Below are positions 1-8,167 of a stretch of DNA of 64,000 nt, in pieces. The DNA comes from a virus. Position numbers and translations under genes: made by a program. Each line of letters opens with the position of its first letter. Within the stretch, counting starts at the first letter, position 1. The stretch covers positions 57,023 through 121,022 of IMG/VR virus record IMGVR_UViG_3300045988_166195, one strand, 5' to 3'. The notes beneath the pieces are model-generated. The model saw only the letters and a program-made list of their open reading frames with translations, was not told the DNA's origin and ran no database searches.

Positions 1-2
1 GC

Positions 3-923
3 GTGACAGAGGTGGATTTCGATCAGATGGACGGCGGTGCGACAACCGTCGATGCATTCTACGAGTTCACCGACGAGCAGCTCGTGTCGCTGGTCGAAAA
101 GGGTTTCTTCAACGAGGGCTTTGAGCCACCCAGCGATCTGCTCAACCAGGTGTGGATGCTTCCGGCTCACTATGAAGGTGTTGTTATCGCACCTCGTAAC
201 GAGAACGAAGCACCCCTGGCATTCCTCGATGTCGTCGATCGGGATGGCCTGGTTGTCGACGCTGTGACATCGGGTCTGGATCTGTCCGACTACTTCCCGG
301 ATTACCTCGCTCAGATCCGTGCTCGTGATCATGAGAACGAGAAGTCTGTCGATCATGCGCTGGAGCGCACGGATCACGTGAATGACATCTTCGCTGGGAT
401 GGAGTCTCAGTTCGATGACGAGGGTACCGATGGTCGCACCAACGAGGCCGAGGGCGCATCGATCGCTCAGGCTCTCAGCGGTGAGTCGACCGTGCTACCC
501 GTCATGGACTCGCCTCTCTTCGATGCGCTCATGCGCAACGCTCAGGCCGCTCAGCAGGCGCAGGAGACTGAGCCGGAGATTGAGGCTGAATCCGAGATCC
601 AGTCCGCGCCTGATGTCGAGGCTCAGCCTGAGGTCGTTGACGACGTTGAGAGCCAGCGTGCAACCCTGACGACCGATGCTCTGGCGTCGACCTTCCGTGA
701 GGTCGTGGCCGATGTCATCAACACCTCTGTGGCTCAGAACGCGCCTGAGATTCTGGCTCAGCCCGAGGTTGATTCGATCGAGGATCTGCACGAGGCTGTC
801 GCTGATGCTGAACGAGACACGGAGCGCAAGCGTCTGTCGGCTCGTGAGGCTGTGGAGGCGGCGGCACCGGTCGCAACGGCGGACGAGATTGATGCTGCTG
901 ATCTCGATGATCCAGAATTCTGA
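3..923 (+). CDS. 5'-truncated highly acidic protein; C-terminus ...IDAADLDDPEF
   Basis: Open frame running in from the window edge. Strong acidic bias (D/E-rich) and a PEF C-terminal tail related to the DDGFEL/DEPEF tails of downstream genes. Stop at 921-923. Confidence 0.45.
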   Translation: MTEVDFDQMDGGATTVDAFYEFTDEQLVSLVEKGFFNEGFEPPSDLLNQVWMLPAHYEGVVIAPRNENEAPLAFLDVVDRDGLVVDAVTSGLDLSDYFPDYLAQIRARDHENEKSVDHALERTDHVNDIFAGMESQFDDEGTDGRTNEAEGASIAQALSGESTVLPVMDSPLFDALMRNAQAAQQAQETEPEIEAESEIQSAPDVEAQPEVVDDVESQRATLTTDALASTFREVVADVINTSVAQNAPEILAQPEVDSIEDLHEAVADAERDTERKRLSAREAVEAAAPVATADEIDAADLDDPEF

Positions 924-943
924 CATCATGAGCAGCAAGTAAT

Positions 944-978
944 GACAGGGGCGGTGGGGCATACCTGCCGCCCCTGTC
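944..978 (+). terminator. Stem-loop gacaggggcgg-N13-ccgcccctgtc after the acidic-protein gene
   Basis: Perfect 11-bp inverted repeat read in the sequence. A T-rich stretch (ctttatttaaaaaat) follows ~30 nt later, so intrinsic termination is only plausible. Confidence 0.35.
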
Positions 979-1052
979 GGCACTGCACTGTATGTATTCA
1001 ACGATCTTTATTTAAAAAATAGATGCGATTTGAAGTAACTTGAAAGAAAGGT

Positions 1053-3392
1053 GTGTCGATACCGATGAGCTTGAAGCAGAGCATTGTTGTTGTCAACGAG
1101 TTCAGTGTGCCAACCCCAGGCTCGGGCAAGCATGGTGGTTCTCGTGGTGGCACACCCGGTGCTTACGTGATGCGCTATATGGCTCGTAAAGGCGCAACTG
1201 AGCCTGTGACGCCTATTCGTCGACGCAACACCGAGGATTTCATCCTGCGTTACATGGCACGAGAGAGCGCCACAGAAAAAGCCGTGTCGAGGCATCAGCT
1301 CAAAGACAACGTGCTGCATGTGTCCGGTCAAGGCGGCGTTGCATTCGGTTATGGTCAGCCGTCGTTGTCTGATGAAGGCGTGCGCCGTGCCAGTGCTGAC
1401 ATTCAGCGTTTGTTCGACAAGGGGCACACGGTGATGAAAACCGTGCTGTCTTTCAGCCCTGAGTATCTTCAGGAGACGGGCGTCGTCCCCAAGGGCTTCG
1501 TCGCACAGAACAAGGGCGATTACCGAGGTCATATCGACCAGATGCGTCTGCGTATGGCAATCATGCATGGTTTGGAGCGTATGGGGCATCGTTTTGATGA
1601 CCTGCGCTACGTGGGCGTTATTCAGGTTGATACGTTGCATGTTCACTGCCACCTTGCCATGGTTGATGCTGGGCTCGGTCGACGTGTGCGTACAGAGAAG
1701 GGCATGCAACAGAAGGGTAAGCTCACCAGCACGGATATATCGCTCTTGCGACGCGGTGTTGACTCGTGGCTTGATGAGAACCAGCATGTGGCACACATGT
1801 CCAGTGCCGTGGGCTATGAGCGCATGAACGTTGCTGCGTTCGTGAAGCGTTGGGCTCATGAGAAGGTGCTCGATGAGTCACTACCCCAGTTGTTGTTGGC
1901 GTGTCTGCCTGCTGACAAGACGCTGTGGCGTTACGGGTCTCATCGACCGGAGATGCGACGTGCGAACAGTGTTGCGACAGAGCTCGTCACTGAGTTGCTC
2001 GATCGCCTTGGTTCCCCCATGGGATCAGCCATGATCGCTGTGGAGACATATGCGAACCGTCGTGCTCATCGCGAAGGTCTGAGCGATCAGGAGAAACGAG
2101 CGTTGATTCGTCGTGGCCATGAGACGATTATGGAGCGCAGCGTCAATGGTCTGTACCAAGTGTTGCAATCTCTTCCACCTGAGGCTCTTTCCGTGCGTAC
2201 GCCGATGCTCACTGTGATGAGCCAGGATGTGGAGACGCTCATGGCAACGCAATCTCAGCGCATGAAGACCCAGGCTCAGGGTATGAGCGTTGATGATGAT
2301 CTAGTGGGATTCTCACTGCGCCTTCGATCGTATGGAGCTCGTCTACGGGAACATGATACACAGCGTGAGTATTGGCGTATGCGTGCTGCTGACTGGGAAG
2401 CCGGTCTTCAGGCAGGCGCAGTGTCCCCACAGTCCGAGGTGATGCACAAGCTGTATCTGGAGGAAGAGGAATACCACGCTCGTTGCGTCAGTAAGTACCG
2501 ATCGTTGCTCGGGCCACTAGCGGTAGGTGTTGACGGGCAGCGTCAGGATGACGACTCGTGGAAAGACGTGTTGGAGTCGGTGGATAAGCGACGCGAAGCA
2601 GTCGTTGGTCTCGAAGCTCTGCTGGCAGATCGCTCGATTCCGAAGATGAAGGATGCTGATGAAGCTGAAAAGCTTGGTGTTGCTGCTCACGGCGTGAGCG
2701 GTGGACGCTTGCTGGTAGCTGGTGGGAAAGCTGGACGGACCACTTTGAAGCAACGCTTGGAGCGTGCTCGCGCATCGCTGGCTTCCCGAACAGCCGATCT
2801 TGTGTCGATGCTGTCCGGGAAAGGACTTGTATTGCAAGCGATACAAGACGATGCGCGCGAGGATGATCAAGGTAAGCAAAGCGATGCTGTCACCGTGGTT
2901 CCAGGGGAGCGATGGGCGTTGTCTCAGACGAAGGGTATGGATCTGCACGACGTGCGTTCCGATACTGTTGTCGACATGGCGCTTGGTCGCCATGTTGCCG
3001 ATCGGTTCGTTACCTGGGCGCGCAGAAGGCGACAGCTTGTTGATGACGCTCAGGCGTATCTGCATGAGTCTGGTCAGGAAGACATTGTCGAGATGGTTCT
3101 TCCCCTCGATGATGTACGGCGTATGAATCGTGTTGCTGATGATCTGGAACGCCAGATGTCAGCGAAGAAGACCGGGGATCTCATTCTCACGAGTGCTCTT
3201 AGTGATGTGGTGCCAGTAGCGAAACGTATTCGCCGTAGCGCAACAGTGACGTTTGATGAGGGTCTTGCCGGTATTGTTCGTGAGAACACATGGCGCGAGA
3301 CTGAGCGTTTGGTGCCTCAACTGGAACAGGTGTTGGAAGAGAGCGACACGCAGTCTTCTGATGCCTCGATGGATTCCATGGAATTGGGATGA
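1053..3392 (+). CDS. MOBP-family-like conjugative relaxase (HUH nuclease) with long C-terminal extension
   Basis: Duplicated N-terminal motif VMRYMARKGATEPV / ILRYMARESATEKA resembles relaxase motif I (catalytic Tyr, RP4 TraI 'YITDE'). IQVDTLHVHCHLAMVD matches the His-triad motif III (HxDTDxLHxHxxxN/V) of MOBP/MOBQ relaxases. Alternative GTG/ATG start at 1053/1065. Confidence 0.55.
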   Translation: MSIPMSLKQSIVVVNEFSVPTPGSGKHGGSRGGTPGAYVMRYMARKGATEPVTPIRRRNTEDFILRYMARESATEKAVSRHQLKDNVLHVSGQGGVAFGYGQPSLSDEGVRRASADIQRLFDKGHTVMKTVLSFSPEYLQETGVVPKGFVAQNKGDYRGHIDQMRLRMAIMHGLERMGHRFDDLRYVGVIQVDTLHVHCHLAMVDAGLGRRVRTEKGMQQKGKLTSTDISLLRRGVDSWLDENQHVAHMSSAVGYERMNVAAFVKRWAHEKVLDESLPQLLLACLPADKTLWRYGSHRPEMRRANSVATELVTELLDRLGSPMGSAMIAVETYANRRAHREGLSDQEKRALIRRGHETIMERSVNGLYQVLQSLPPEALSVRTPMLTVMSQDVETLMATQSQRMKTQAQGMSVDDDLVGFSLRLRSYGARLREHDTQREYWRMRAADWEAGLQAGAVSPQSEVMHKLYLEEEEYHARCVSKYRSLLGPLAVGVDGQRQDDDSWKDVLESVDKRREAVVGLEALLADRSIPKMKDADEAEKLGVAAHGVSGGRLLVAGGKAGRTTLKQRLERARASLASRTADLVSMLSGKGLVLQAIQDDAREDDQGKQSDAVTVVPGERWALSQTKGMDLHDVRSDTVVDMALGRHVADRFVTWARRRRQLVDDAQAYLHESGQEDIVEMVLPLDDVRRMNRVADDLERQMSAKKTGDLILTSALSDVVPVAKRIRRSATVTFDEGLAGIVRENTWRETERLVPQLEQVLEESDTQSSDASMDSMELG

Positions 3393-3402
3393 GATTCGCC
3401 TT

Positions 3403-3435
3403 GACATCCAGAGTTTCTCTCGTTTATGATGAGAG
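3403..3435 (+). promoter_or_regulatory. Sigma70-like promoter candidate TTGACA-N17-TTATGA upstream of 3529 gene
   Basis: ttgacatccagagtttctctcgtttatgatgag read directly. Followed by a small hairpin cacgggacaagcccgtg (3443-3459). Confidence 0.3.
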
Positions 3436-3528
3436 AGCGCTACACGGGACAAGCCCGTGTATGTGAGAGGGCTGATTAACCCTCGACCGACATCCTGCGG
3501 GATGAGATAAGAAAGGAGGGTGGTCATT

Positions 3529-4092
3529 ATGGCTACTCTACGTGGTAAGGGTTCGATGAAGTCGGTGGAACTGGTCGTTGTGGAGTATCCCAACGCTCAT
3601 TCCAAGGATGGCAAGCGTGCCTTCCTCGACGTGATGGTTCGACCTGTTGAGGGTGCTGCCCCTCAGCGAGTTCCTCACCTGGTTTCGACCAAGAAGGAAC
3701 TCGACGGTAAGACCGTCTACGATCATCAGGCTGGCTACAGCGCTTCTCAGCGCGATGCGTTCGTTGCAGCTGCGGGCGATAACATCGTCCAGATGCCGGA
3801 GCGCAACGGTCGACCTGGTCCGACTGTTTACGCCATTCAGGCGGATGTCATGTCCGCTTCTGGCAAGCAGACCGGCTTGGTCATCAACTCTAAGACGGTG
3901 AAGCCGTCCGAGTTGGAGCCGATCGACGAGAACATTCTCGATACGATCTACGCCGCTTCCAAGGCTGCTGCTGAGGCCGACAAGGCCCGCAAGGCTGCTG
4001 AGAAGGAGGCGCAGAACGAGGCTGCCGCCGAGGCCCAGGTTTCCGAGCCTGAGGTCGAAGAGGTTGCCGAGATCGACGAGCCTGAGTTCTGA
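3529..4092 (+). CDS. Hypothetical protein with Ala/Glu/Lys-rich C-terminal region ending ...EVAEIDEPEF (SSB / T7 gp2.5-like acidic tail)
   Basis: Strong RBS gaaaggagggtggtcattATG. The acidic tail ending in Phe is shared with neighbouring genes. No catalytic motif recognised. Confidence 0.55.
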   Translation: MATLRGKGSMKSVELVVVEYPNAHSKDGKRAFLDVMVRPVEGAAPQRVPHLVSTKKELDGKTVYDHQAGYSASQRDAFVAAAGDNIVQMPERNGRPGPTVYAIQADVMSASGKQTGLVINSKTVKPSELEPIDENILDTIYAASKAAAEADKARKAAEKEAQNEAAAEAQVSEPEVEEVAEIDEPEF

Positions 4093-4112
4093 TCGAACCT
4101 GATCTTTCACGG

Positions 4113-4160
4113 TGCCGCCCCTGCTGGTTTTTCCAGTGGGGGCGGTTTCCTGTTTCTGCT
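4113..4160 (+). terminator. Imperfect GC hairpin (gccgcccctgctgg...ccagtgggggcgg) followed by T-rich tract
   Basis: Read in sequence after stop at 4092. ttcctgtttctgctctgtttc follows. Confidence 0.35.
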
Positions 4161-4237
4161 CTGTTTCTATAGAAGTCACTAACTATGCTAGAATGACTGG
4201 TACACCAGCCTAATCGATTGAAAGATGGAGGAAAGAT

Positions 4238-7200
4238 TTGTTTGATGATGAGCGTTTGAACGATAAGTACCCGATGCTGCGAGACTTTGCGGCTAAGCTT
4301 GCGCCGCCTGCTCGTGACATTGTGGGGCGAGAGAGCGAGAAGATCTCGCTCATGAGCTCCCTGGCTCGTCCTGAGATGTGTAACGTGATCTTGCTGGCCC
4401 CGCCTGGCACCGGTAAAGCTCACCCGAATGATGAGTTGATCCCTGTTGCCGATGAGCGTGGATATGTCCGTGTTGGTTTGCTCAAGGTGGGCGATCGTGT
4501 CTTTGATGAGCACGGTGAGCCTGTGACCGTGACGGGTGTGTTTCCTCAGGGGATCAAGCGTGAGTACGTCGTGGTGACGAACCATGGCGACCGTGTGCGC
4601 TGCAACGATGAGCACCTGTGGACGGTGCGATCGGTTGGTGATGCAGAAGGTGTGCAGCAAACGATGTCACTGCGTGAGATCATGGACGCGGGACTTATTG
4701 GTTCCGATGGCGCACCCATCTGGCAGCTTCCTGCTTCTGGTGCGCTTGTGCGACAGAGCCGTCTTCTCCCGGTTGACCCTTATGTGTGTGGTGCGCTGCT
4801 GGGCTGGGGCGTTCGCATCGATGAGCGTGGGTACGTGACCATTCCTCATGAGATGCCCGATGAAGTTTTTGTTGCTATCGAGGACCACATGGGGTGGGAG
4901 CGTGTGTATGGCAGTGGTGACAGTGTTGAGCGTTCGACGTTTATCAACCGTGCGACAGGTAAGCGTCTGACACCTGATGAGGTGATGACTCATCCGGTGA
5001 TGACGAGTGTCATCGTTAAGCCGGAGGATCAGCGTCATATTCCGTACACGTACATCACCAGCTCGGTGAAGGATCGAGAGACTGTGCTACGAGCGCTGCG
5101 AGACAGTGAGTCGTACCGTTTGTCCCAAGGGACTGCATGGGTTGTTGATGCTGATATGCATGAGCTAGAGCGTTCTCTCGATGTGACTGGCGATATGATC
5201 GCTGAGGTGATCGACACCGATCGCGAGATTGAGATGACGTGCATCATGGTCGACTCTGAGACACACCTGTATCAGGTGGGTCGAGGCCATGTTGTCACGC
5301 ACAACACGGTGCTCGTGCAGTCCTGTATGCAAGATGATCCAGAGCGTATTTACCTGGAAGTCGACATGGCAAAGATGATCGCTGACTTGTCGAACCCTGA
5401 AGAGATGGCTGCGCGCTTGAAGGCTCTGTTTGATGAGGCTGAGAGTTTTTCTAGGTCCGAAGGTCGAGAGATCGTGCTGTTCATCGACGAGTTCCACCAG
5501 GTGGTGCAGCTGTCTGCTGCTGCCGTGGAAGCGTTGAAGCCGTTGCTTGCTGCTTCTGGATCTCGGGGTATTAAGGTTATCGCTGCGACCACGTATGACG
5601 AGTTCAACGCTCATATCGCATCGAATCTGCCGCTTGTTGAGCGTCTCGCGCGCATTAACATTCCTCAGACGAATCGTGAGGTGACGATCGCCATCCTGAA
5701 GGGTATGGCGAAGAAGTACGGTGTCGATGAGGGGATCTTTGATGATGCTCTGTATGAGCAGATCTTTGAGTACACGAACAGGTACGTTCCTGCCTCTGTG
5801 CAGCCTCGTAAGTCGATCCGTGTGCTCGATGCCATGGTTGGTCGTCATCGGTATCTGGGCGAGCGTATGGACAAGACGCTGTTGGCAACCGTGCTGAAGA
5901 TTGAGTTCGGTGTTGAAGTGGAGATCGATGTCAATGCTGCTGAGATCAAGGCTGAGCTGGATAAGCGAGTGTTTAGTCAGGACTTTGCCACCACGTCGAT
6001 TGCTCGTCGACTCCAGTTGTGCGTCGCTGGTCTGAATGACCAGAGCAAGCCTATGTCATCGCTGTTGTTCACCGGAGCGACAGGTGTGGGCAAAGCCACC
6101 ACAGATTCTACTCGTGTACCAGTCTTTTCTGAGGACGGTTCTGTGGCATGGAAACTTGCTGGTGACCTTGTTGCCGGTGACTACGTGTTTGCTCGCGATG
6201 GCTCTCCGACGAAGGTACTCGGGGTGTTCCCTCAGGGGGAACGCGACGTGTATCGAGTGACAATGGGGGATGGGCGCATTCTTGATGTGTCTGACAATCA
6301 TCTGTGGGCGGTTTACCCAAATCGGCAATCGCGTGAGCAAGGTCCAACAATCTATTCGACCGAAACTCTGATGAACAAGGGTATCGTGTCGAAGTTGAAC
6401 AATGGTCGTCAGGGGATGAAGTATGTTGTTCCAATGAATAAGCCAGTTCAGTGGCCTACGGTTGATCTCCCTGTGGATCCTTACGCACTTGGAGCTTTGA
6501 TTGCCAATGGTTCGCTCACTGAGAAGGCGCTTGCCATCTCTTCGGATGATGAGGAAACGGTTGCTCGCGTTGGTCAAGCTATTGGTGCTGCGTCATGGGA
6601 TCAGAATGGTAACAATTACTCTTGGTACTTCGGTACAGGAGAGGTATGGGGCGATGACATGAAGCGACGGATTCAGCTCGCGGATGTGTTTGTCGGTTCG
6701 CTTTCTGAACTGATTGGTGTGAAGTCGCCTCAGCGATTTATCCCTGAGCAGTATCTACATTCGTCAATCGAGCAGCGATGGGCGTTGGTTCAAGGGTTGT
6801 TCGATTGCGATGGCTCGATTGGTGCGCGTGATGGTGGTCGTTACAACGTTTCGTATGCTACGGCTTCGAAGCGTTTGGCCGAGGATGTTCGCATTCTTCT
6901 GTTCTCCCTTGGGGTGCCGTGTTCCGTTAACCAGCATGTGCGCGAAAGGAACGGTAATACCCAGGTTGAGTATGAGGTTCATGTGAAGGCTCATAACTCG
7001 GATAAGCATCTCTTTTTCCGTCTCGATCGAAAGAAGAGCCTTGCCATCAAGGCTCAATCTGTGGCAAAACAGCGAGAGAAAAAGTTCGATTATGTCGGCA
7101 TTCGTTCTATCGAAAAACTCGATACGAAAGAGAGCATGACGTGTATCTACGTCGACAATGACGAGCACCTGTATCAGGCTGGTGATTTCATCGTCACGCA

Positions 7201-8011
7201 CAACACTGAGATCACTAAGCAGCTCGCAAAGATTCTTTTCGGTGACGATCAGCGTCACCTCATCCGTTTCGACATGTCGGAATGGGGCCGTGACGACAGC
7301 GTGGATCTGTTCCGTGAAGAGCTCTCGCGTCAAGTGTGGGCAACCAGCCATTGCGTGTTGCTCTTTGATGAGATCGAGAAGGCGTCCCCGCTTGTTGTGC
7401 GTTTGCTGCTTCAGGTGCTCGATGACGGTCGACTCTCGGATAAGGACGGGCGACAGGTGTCGTTCCTAAACACCTATATCGTGTTGACGACAAACGCTGG
7501 TTCGGAGATCTACCGCACCATCGGTGAGTACAACGCTGATGATCACGGTAGTGAGGCCAGCATGCGTGAGTATGAGAAGGTCATCGAAGAGTCGATCAAG
7601 AGCACCGATGGTGGTAAGTTCCCACCTGAGCTCCTGGGACGTATTGATGCGATCGTGCCGTTCCAGCCGTTGTCGCGGCCTACGTTGCGCAAGATCATGA
7701 TGAAGAAGTTGAGTGCTCTCAAGGCTGATGTGAAGCGTAAGCACGGTATCGATCTGACGATCGATAAGCGTGTTGTCGACTTTCTGGTGGAAGACGAATC
7801 GCGTAGTGACTCTGATGCTGGTGGTGCACGTGACATGGTGCGTCGCATGCAGCGTTACCTTTCGACGGAAGTCGCAGCGTTCATCAATGAACATCCCGAG
7901 GAACGTGTGATCGCAGCCAAGATCGATGGCACGTTGCGTAGCGAAGATGTGACGATCTTGAAATCTGATGCTCGTGTGGTGGTCTTGCCATACGACAAGC
8001 CACGGGCTTAG
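4238..8011 (+). CDS. ClpA/ClpB/ClpC-family double AAA+ ATPase (unfoldase) interrupted by two inteins
   Basis: D1 motifs: GRESEKISLMSSLARPEMCNVILLAPPGTGK|T (Walker A), LFIDEFH (Walker B), IKVIAATTYDEF, LVERLARINIP. D2 motifs: LLFTGATGVGK|TEITKQLAKILFG, LLFDEIEKASPLVVRLLLQVLDDGRLSDKDGRQVSFLNTYIVLTTNAG. TTG start with GGAGG RBS. The mature extein is predicted at ~670 aa. Confidence 0.85.
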   Translation: MFDDERLNDKYPMLRDFAAKLAPPARDIVGRESEKISLMSSLARPEMCNVILLAPPGTGKAHPNDELIPVADERGYVRVGLLKVGDRVFDEHGEPVTVTGVFPQGIKREYVVVTNHGDRVRCNDEHLWTVRSVGDAEGVQQTMSLREIMDAGLIGSDGAPIWQLPASGALVRQSRLLPVDPYVCGALLGWGVRIDERGYVTIPHEMPDEVFVAIEDHMGWERVYGSGDSVERSTFINRATGKRLTPDEVMTHPVMTSVIVKPEDQRHIPYTYITSSVKDRETVLRALRDSESYRLSQGTAWVVDADMHELERSLDVTGDMIAEVIDTDREIEMTCIMVDSETHLYQVGRGHVVTHNTVLVQSCMQDDPERIYLEVDMAKMIADLSNPEEMAARLKALFDEAESFSRSEGREIVLFIDEFHQVVQLSAAAVEALKPLLAASGSRGIKVIAATTYDEFNAHIASNLPLVERLARINIPQTNREVTIAILKGMAKKYGVDEGIFDDALYEQIFEYTNRYVPASVQPRKSIRVLDAMVGRHRYLGERMDKTLLATVLKIEFGVEVEIDVNAAEIKAELDKRVFSQDFATTSIARRLQLCVAGLNDQSKPMSSLLFTGATGVGKATTDSTRVPVFSEDGSVAWKLAGDLVAGDYVFARDGSPTKVLGVFPQGERDVYRVTMGDGRILDVSDNHLWAVYPNRQSREQGPTIYSTETLMNKGIVSKLNNGRQGMKYVVPMNKPVQWPTVDLPVDPYALGALIANGSLTEKALAISSDDEETVARVGQAIGAASWDQNGNNYSWYFGTGEVWGDDMKRRIQLADVFVGSLSELIGVKSPQRFIPEQYLHSSIEQRWALVQGLFDCDGSIGARDGGRYNVSYATASKRLAEDVRILLFSLGVPCSVNQHVRERNGNTQVEYEVHVKAHNSDKHLFFRLDRKKSLAIKAQSVAKQREKKFDYVGIRSIEKLDTKESMTCIYVDNDEHLYQAGDFIVTHNTEITKQLAKILFGDDQRHLIRFDMSEWGRDDSVDLFREELSRQVWATSHCVLLFDEIEKASPLVVRLLLQVLDDGRLSDKDGRQVSFLNTYIVLTTNAGSEIYRTIGEYNADDHGSEASMREYEKVIEESIKSTDGGKFPPELLGRIDAIVPFQPLSRPTLRKIMMKKLSALKADVKRKHGIDLTIDKRVVDFLVEDESRSDSDAGGARDMVRRMQRYLSTEVAAFINEHPEERVIAAKIDGTLRSEDVTILKSDARVVVLPYDKPRA
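4418..5305 (+). mobile_element. Intein 1 (296 aa) inserted in D1 P-loop between GTGK and T. Ala1, block-B Trp, block-F Cys (MTCIMVD), ...VVTHN|T: class-3 'WCT'-like intein. Possible degenerate LAGLIDADG (VDPYVCGALLGWG)
   Basis: The extein junction restores the canonical Walker A GTGKT. The C-terminal HN is followed by Thr +1. Hint-like N-terminal region DELIPVADERGYVRVGLLKVGDRVFDEHG. Confidence 0.7.
6095..7204 (+). mobile_element. Intein 2 (370 aa) inserted in D2 P-loop between GVGK and TEITK. Ala1, MTCIYVD, ...FIVTHN|T. Contains LAGLIDADG homing-endonuclease motifs (DPYALGALIANGS ... GLFDCDGSIG)
   Basis: Junction restores GATGVGKTEITKQLA (ClpB D2 consensus GPTGVGKTELAKALA). Hint block A: TTDSTRVPVFSEDGSVAWKLAGDLVAGDYVFARDG. 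Confidence 0.7.
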
Positions 8012-8097
8012 TCATATCGAATCTGCTTGTATGCGAGCACATTTGGCACAAAGTGTGATACCCTCGTATACGAGTGCAAACACAGTGTGCTTGCCGG

Positions 8098-8137
8098 TAC
8101 CTGCAAACATTCCCAATGATGCAGGTACCGGCTCACA
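8098..8137 (+). promoter_or_regulatory. 13-bp perfect hairpin gccggtacctgca-N14-tgcaggtaccggc with CAATGATG in loop, just upstream of 8168 gene
   Basis: Seen directly. Preceded at 8063-8074 by the palindrome CTCGTATACGAG, related to the GGTATACGAG promoter motif of the paralog array. Confidence 0.35.
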
Positions 8138-8167
8138 TACAACCGAATCGATCGAAAGGATTTGTCT

